From IMG/VR virus record IMGVR_UViG_3300020048_000096, positions 1 to 64,000 of that record: a stretch of DNA of 64,000 nt, one strand, 5' to 3'. Below, piece by piece: positions 60,301-64,000 of this stretch. This stretch comes from an uncultured virus (IMG/VR IMGVR_UViG_3300020048_000096). Taxonomy: Duplodnaviria; Heunggongvirae; Uroviricota; Caudoviricetes. Positions within the stretch are counted from its first letter, which is position 1, and every line of letters starts with the position of its first letter. A model generated the notes under the pieces. It did no database searches. It worked only from the letters and a program-made list of their open reading frames with translations, and was not told the DNA's origin. The translations under genes were made by a program, and so were the position numbers.

Positions 60301-63300
60301 GTTTAGAGACCGTTTGCTTTTGGCAGCTCGTGGGGAAAAAGACGGTATTGCACAAGGTACTCAATGGAACGAACTCCCTGCTGATTTCAGAAAGCTTTTG
60401 GAAAAAGAACTAAAAGGAAATCTCGCAACATATAATGCGATGGCCTATAACAACTTTAAAAAGCAACTTGTTAAAAGCGGGAAGCTAGAGAACAGTATAG
60501 ACCCTCGTACCAAAAATCCTACCATTAAAATTAAAGGGTTACAACATGCAATGACGCAAGACTTTAAATCCTACAATTTGCATGAAAAAGGAAGTCTCAG
60601 TGTATATCCAAATCAAGAAGCCTTTTTGAAAGATTTCTTTTTCAATTACCAAGTAAACTCCATGTTCTTTAACCAGATTATAGACGGAGACATTGCGCTC
60701 TCTATTGAAAACTCTACAGATTATTACAAGAGGGCTAAGAGTTTGGTTGCATCTGGCTCTACCGCAAAAAAAGGTGTTTTTAACCTTGCGATTGTTGACA
60801 ATCTTAGGCTTTATATGGACAAAGGAGGCGCTACATCTGATAATGTAGGATTGATAGAAGGTGGTCAGTATGACAGTATCAACGAGCTTGAAAAAAGAAT
60901 AGAAAAATCTGAAATTGCAAGGAGTATTTTAGAAAGAGTACCAGGAAGAGAAGCCAGGGTTCTTGAGCTAACAGCGAAGATTGAACTTTTAAAACAGACT
61001 CTTGAAAATTTACAAACAAGAAGTCCAAAACACACATCCGAAGACGTATTTGACGGACAGGCAATAACCTCTGTGTTGTACAGAATGGATATGATGGAAG
61101 ACAGAGGGCTTCTTTCTGAGAACGTAAAGCAAATATTTCTTGCTTCGTTGTATAGAAGAATTACTTCTGAAGAAGCAGAGATATTAAAATCTTCTGGAGC
61201 ATTGTTAAACTCACAAAAAACAGTGTACGCTTCCAGAGAATTTTACATCAAGGAATCCGAAACGCATATCAATAGATTAGACGTTAGCAGACTTGCTGAT
61301 GGTGTTTCTCAATCGGCCGCAAACGTGATTCTTAAAAGAGCGTATGATAATATTTATAAACTGCGTGCTGAGAACAGAAATATCGAAGACACTAAGGGAA
61401 GGATTTATCAGAAGAATGAGGAAACCATAGGTCTTATATTTGACAGAGACATCAAACCTTTATGGGTGGCAAAACCACATAAGGAAATACTCCACGATAT
61501 TTTAAATTCGATGGAGTATCATAATACGGATATGTTGACCGACCCTAACGCTACTAAAAAAACGATTTTGTTTCCTTCGTCAATCGCTGAGAAAGAAGGA
61601 GATTACATTACACTTAATCGAAGTACGATTAAACTACCAATGAACTTTATGTTTACCCAGGTGGAAACGAGTGGCGTAAAAGATATTGTGACAGCAGGGA
61701 TACAAAGCATATTTTTATTACCTGCGGATATTATATTGTTAGAAACTTCTATTCTGGCAGACCTTGAGCAAACAAATCCCGAACAAGCTGTAGAGATGAG
61801 AACTGCGATGGATTCTTTGAAGAAAGATGTCGATGCTTACTTCGATACAATGGGTGATGTTACTTCTGAAAGAAAAAACAAAATGCTTAAAATGCACCGT
61901 GACAAAAACGGTGATTTGAAAATAGGTAAGATGATAGATGCAATCCGTAAAGAATTGCAAGGACAAGAATCTGATAGCAACACCTTGAAGTTTTTTGAAA
62001 CGGACGTTAATGGAGATCCTAAATTCAACGTGAACTTACCTGTGTTACGCAAAATGTTCCAGTATCACTTTTACTCACACTACTCTAAAGAAGTATTTTC
62101 TGAGAAAACTGCTGGTTCAAAGTATATCCATGCAAGTAGTTTTGGACATAAAATTATAGAGGACATGCTTACAGGTGAAATCATAAGCTCCAAAGAGTAT
62201 GATGCCAATCCGGAGTCATACGAAAACAATTCAAGATATCTTTTTCGTTACCCGGAAATTACAACGGAGATAGACGAGCAAGGAAGGACTGTTTATATTG
62301 TTGAAGCAATTGTTCCTCGTCCTTATTTTAAAACAGAGCAGGAAGAGGAACTTTGGTTAAACGAACTGAACAAAATGTTTGGTACCAGAATACCAACAGA
62401 GGATAAGCGATCAATGATTGCTTTTAAAATAGTGGATTTCATTGATGGCTCCTATGCGAACACTATTATACTTCCTCAAGCTGTGCATTTACTAGCTGGT
62501 TCGGATTTTGATGTAGATACGCTTTACGCACATGCGTATGCTTATTATAAAGATATTACAGGAAATTATCACAAGTACGGTTCTACCACATACTACAATT
62601 TGGAAGATACGACACCTGAAATGGTTCGTTTTTCTGAAACGGTACATGAGGCTATGACTGATAAAGGCTATAAGGTTGCTATTGAAAAGGCCAAAGAAGA
62701 CTTGAAAAAACGAAAGGTAGATGTTGATGGCAACTTTACCTTTGAGCAGTTTACGCCGGCGGACCAATTTATGAGGTTGATGAACCTTAATGCTATGGCT
62801 GAAATGAAAGTGTACATCCAGGACGCACAAGAGAATTTCAAAAGACTGGAAGAGTTAAAGGCAGAACAGCAATCAGCTTATGACGCTCACGTTTTATTCA
62901 TAGAGCAAAACCCAGAAGACATAGAAAATCCTGTTGTAAAAAATCAGAGAAAGTCTAATAGTAAAGAACTCAGAGAAGCAAAGGAAATGACCGATGCGTT
63001 AGAACTTCAAATGGAAAAAGTATATGATGGAAAAAGCCTAAAAGATTTCCAAGGTATTTACAATCGTTTTTTTAACACATACATCAGCGTAACGGCTACC
63101 CTGCAAGCAATGGCTGAAAGAGGCGTGCCGGTAACGCTTGCGGAACATGTTCAAAAACCTTCAATAGCAATCAAGCGTGCTCAAAATGCCCACTTGGATT
63201 CTAAGTTAAAAATACTTTCGAGCAAGTTGGTATTTGACCATCTTTACAAGAATGAAAGAACCAGTACTGTATTTTTTAAGAATATTGCTAACACCACTTT

Positions 63301-64000
63301 AGGCAGAGACACCGAATCCAACGCCGCACTGTATAATACATTTTCATTTAGTGGTGTGATAAACGCCAACTTAGGAAACACTGTTGGAAAACAGGGTATT
63401 GAAATTACAGCAGCATATAACAAATTCTTAGGACTGGCATCTTCTTACGGGTTGGTACTAAAGCCAGAAGAAGTTATTTGGTTTTTAGATGATCCTGATG
63501 GTATAAGAAAACACTTCGACAAATTTGGTGGAGATAAATCAATGCGTTCCATTGAATATGTAGGAAATATTTTAGGGATGTTTGCGGATAACGCCAAGGA
63601 CCCAATTCCTGTATTACTTGGATTGAATGATGTAAACTTGAATACCACTGCTTCTATGATAGGTATCGGAGTAGATCCTACAATGGCAATCCTTATGAAT
63701 CACCTTTCAAGTATGAAACGCGCTGTAGAAAAAGTACAAGGATCTGTCATTAGCGGAAAAGCGTCTATTACTTACAGCAATGCATTACAGGCAGAACAGA
63801 ACGAATTCCTGAAAGCTCCTAAAGGAATGAAAAATGAATTAGCAAAAGAACTTGCTATTTTAAAACTGACTTACGGGGAATCAACGTCATTGGATAAAAA
63901 ATGGAGAGAAAAAGTTTTCATTTCTTTCACAGCACCTAAAGGAACTCGTGAGAATCCTGCACTAAATCCAGAAGAAAAACTAACACCAGAGATGTTAGGG
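54356..64000 (+). CDS. giant virion RNA polymerase with N-terminal zincin-like domain (3'-truncated, >3,200 aa; not in ORF track)
   Basis: ATG 54356 (MSQCISSPE) is in frame with YHEAFHG (57440), GTRIPTEDKRSM (~62380) and LAGSDFDVDTL (62492); no in-frame stop is implied by the track. Confidence 0.9.
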   Translation, partial: MSQCISSPESFEPLVTKLLIVNAERFSNYDNTVTFISSLKESTSFQKANAIYHMATLYQSLAGLRPANFDKGKAETINSFTELFNEDYAAFLDKVTSLYDVENSSLTLQDVINSIDALEEKKPSAINKVLIEKILTEIKGVISQRDYTAEPEKRTKDINDLHQRLKTQVISQLSTVKGGSVIGDTLKEHIEAHEKAMMGASQFVSLSEVESLDNMLVTIINEKDNFQVLEATKVGEDLVSIETGEVIPFDIIRSEKKARIDNEGIPEANQGENIFFESQIASGIQIREIHRQGESKGDKPGQKALASLSPSEINNGYRILAIKEGTVGSARVGRIKDMARTLPTLNNTTLETFPTKTQERLLSRTAKHTEVLTVSRPSDISGFTLIGEVLATGQQFYIFGPNNYTFLDNKNNTTPVDFTNPVHLDRVQKTSKKQFRRGTAIEELTLRDLQKLKESFERFKGLSEQVKERLADSDSGVDVTDLFKNSYGISHAITGNFETKELISYLEEDGEMVQSYKIIDIDTGTIDTRKVPLILQGSSGALLGSEMKDRNMLYSEVAPLVIQKDFLAPNERILIGDKQYDLTSYLNYLDTVSNLRKWTAERKNLTATYLITMKPDGTINHLSLNKKTNSYEGSSMITEINTVLDTIAKLNNGVITKEDAILVFEKLSQKELPFVGVKKKYYANQNFAYNDAKGKYEYAFEIILKNDARGRNLQGKDSHKFFISSAKLEAVRDIITKSEEAKILRGTFSTLNVDLTKADSATVEKFMSDAAILKASNPTNLTLKVFMDSVTVRAQEAFADLFLTGDLKSGVIAEFMNKMKNTNTEAYDGFMEATAGKNTITGVESPGGQAHLLAYEVVKRGSEVRRVHKVINNQNSENNVGNYKVRDTIPSREKIHITLPVLRDEIFNKPLSAEVIKSAQVKETAVAEVLQEVEKPETSSRNIGLIKKKNSNREVFSIEESSENVELGTEKQLNDSIKWVRDKVPQFKISEQDLSQLLNEIGVDGVLLGMFMDKMIYLNKSINSKGVVYHEAFHGVFRHLLNAKQRAVLIGRVKKDKRYSSRFTSAEVNNFAKRRNLVETNERLQELIAEEILAEGFQKFMNDGVKPSQSWFKRFVEMLKNLLKGILKNQDEITQLYSNISKGYYKNAQVVSETNPGEKAFELLNTRLRMVVDEKGEIEPVNGTIDPSDQRQMTYFLTERILNANKYEMVGDERKSIPLRTLFDKARKEIATTIYNVDTMIANNPGKEVIIKDRFEIGHGDISALLMYGFPDTMIKGLDFASTGRTEADLYYEEDELMAESLEVLYEQVKTLLRHVIPSEISKAENDTEDTMINEDITEELGTVEGKKSSDNDQFFNINNIDGMSNEMRRFLSLTAFEYHDEMHDIKYTKMVDGSTIFNTLMKITSDNHFMDIIPMIGLSVENRKYDGYINEANELEAVYKKINEQVYIPVMAGTANTDQILLFNQITDVFHNMELDVVKTVQNKKIGDNSVGIYGKSEEILTKKDVDNSLQTLLDNLRSTYKTKKDVVEIQQEDDKEVSVNPYLDNIANMNNPLSRIADSKEGVSILGTDIYEQEAALNRLVDNLQEKFKKLGLIIPKSLLRFSIIAIDVQENKLELVSDTAVYDLYQASSQFARNKQFLEKDFFVELKGLISRISSGQSMSASGQVSIFDMNSQANNKMFAILRSALVYVVKFDPSNPGSVVETPEGKPVYRYVKYTPAALMLQDVERLGLKKALELSVLHDDYLSDFFNDNPMLKDAMAEAVVVEDEAKMKEILTMMTYMDNMKFQIYSGMEYKEDGVTDSATNFGKLGLSEIVDAQITMFLDRRNNTKEIKLIEGTGANQKVVRKQGGVVTFPRFLTQNEASQTMMMVSARYFNFYANSDDNRHSPSDVMMSSVIQEYNRISREWSNFDRRVEERKAGHNRMMLNYNATREKDSRNLETNKENIKELRAYQFNTLSDMFRTGKKANSKTSKEDRIMIQFRDRLLLAARGEKDGIAQGTQWNELPADFRKLLEKELKGNLATYNAMAYNNFKKQLVKSGKLENSIDPRTKNPTIKIKGLQHAMTQDFKSYNLHEKGSLSVYPNQEAFLKDFFFNYQVNSMFFNQIIDGDIALSIENSTDYYKRAKSLVASGSTAKKGVFNLAIVDNLRLYMDKGGATSDNVGLIEGGQYDSINELEKRIEKSEIARSILERVPGREARVLELTAKIELLKQTLENLQTRSPKHTSEDVFDGQAITSVLYRMDMMEDRGLLSENVKQIFLASLYRRITSEEAEILKSSGALLNSQKTVYASREFYIKESETHINRLDVSRLADGVSQSAANVILKRAYDNIYKLRAENRNIEDTKGRIYQKNEETIGLIFDRDIKPLWVAKPHKEILHDILNSMEYHNTDMLTDPNATKKTILFPSSIAEKEGDYITLNRSTIKLPMNFMFTQVETSGVKDIVTAGIQSIFLLPADIILLETSILADLEQTNPEQAVEMRTAMDSLKKDVDAYFDTMGDVTSERKNKMLKMHRDKNGDLKIGKMIDAIRKELQGQESDSNTLKFFETDVNGDPKFNVNLPVLRKMFQYHFYSHYSKEVFSEKTAGSKYIHASSFGHKIIEDMLTGEIISSKEYDANPESYENNSRYLFRYPEITTEIDEQGRTVYIVEAIVPRPYFKTEQEEELWLNELNKMFGTRIPTEDKRSMIAFKIVDFIDGSYANTIILPQAVHLLAGSDFDVDTLYAHAYAYYKDITGNYHKYGSTTYYNLEDTTPEMVRFSETVHEAMTDKGYKVAIEKAKEDLKKRKVDVDGNFTFEQFTPADQFMRLMNLNAMAEMKVYIQDAQENFKRLEELKAEQQSAYDAHVLFIEQNPEDIENPVVKNQRKSNSKELREAKEMTDALELQMEKVYDGKSLKDFQGIYNRFFNTYISVTATLQAMAERGVPVTLAEHVQKPSIAIKRAQNAHLDSKLKILSSKLVFDHLYKNERTSTVFFKNIANTTLGRDTESNAALYNTFSFSGVINANLGNTVGKQGIEITAAYNKFLGLASSYGLVLKPEEVIWFLDDPDGIRKHFDKFGGDKSMRSIEYVGNILGMFADNAKDPIPVLLGLNDVNLNTTASMIGIGVDPTMAILMNHLSSMKRAVEKVQGSVISGKASITYSNALQAEQNEFLKAPKGMKNELAKELAILKLTYGESTSLDKKWREKVFISFTAPKGTRENPALNPEEKLTPEMLG

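Noticed and set aside
10823..63648. Numerous minus-strand ORFs in the track within the structural region, and plus-strand ORFs in 408-10273
   Set aside because: They are antisense shadows of real genes; the Val-rich ones simply mirror the Thr repeats.
10332..64000. Stop-codon reassignment as seen in some crAss-like phages
   Set aside because: Long genes are intact under the standard code, TAG and TGA end some left-arm genes, and no suppressor tRNA is visible.

Overview
This window is part of a large AT-rich crAss-like (Crassvirales-type, podovirus-like) phage genome, and the host is probably a Bacteroidota. Host evidence is TAnnTTTG promoter elements, leaders without Shine-Dalgarno sequences and a signal peptide with Gln at +1. 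Bases 1-10,240 are a minus-strand arm of small accessory or early genes with structured intergenic DNA. From ~10,330 to the end everything is on the plus strand, in crAss-like order: IHF-like and Zn-binding proteins, PD-(D/E)XK nuclease, terminase, portal, scaffold, major capsid protein, ring/hub/auxiliary capsid proteins, a fibre or decoration region, metallophosphoesterase, a second IHF-like protein, ring proteins, muzzle, cargo proteins and a >3,200-aa virion RNA polymerase. The polymerase carries zincin HEAFH and DFDVD motifs, runs off the window and is absent from the ORF track. Five 10-N scaffold gaps split three real genes. Main findings: (1) mucin-like Thr/Pro-repeat virion proteins sit in one operon with two glycosyltransferases, one resembling plant peptide O-glycosyltransferases (GT95/GT96), suggesting phage-encoded virion O-glycosylation; (2) a repeated template-strand motif with C-GNA-G triloop hairpins precedes the early genes, resembling N4 virion-RNAP promoters; (3) a repeated AAGTTCTACA operator overlaps host-type promoters; (4) there is a non-canonical tRNA-like cloverleaf plus other structured RNAs. 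All family assignments come from motif recognition and synteny; no database searches were run.
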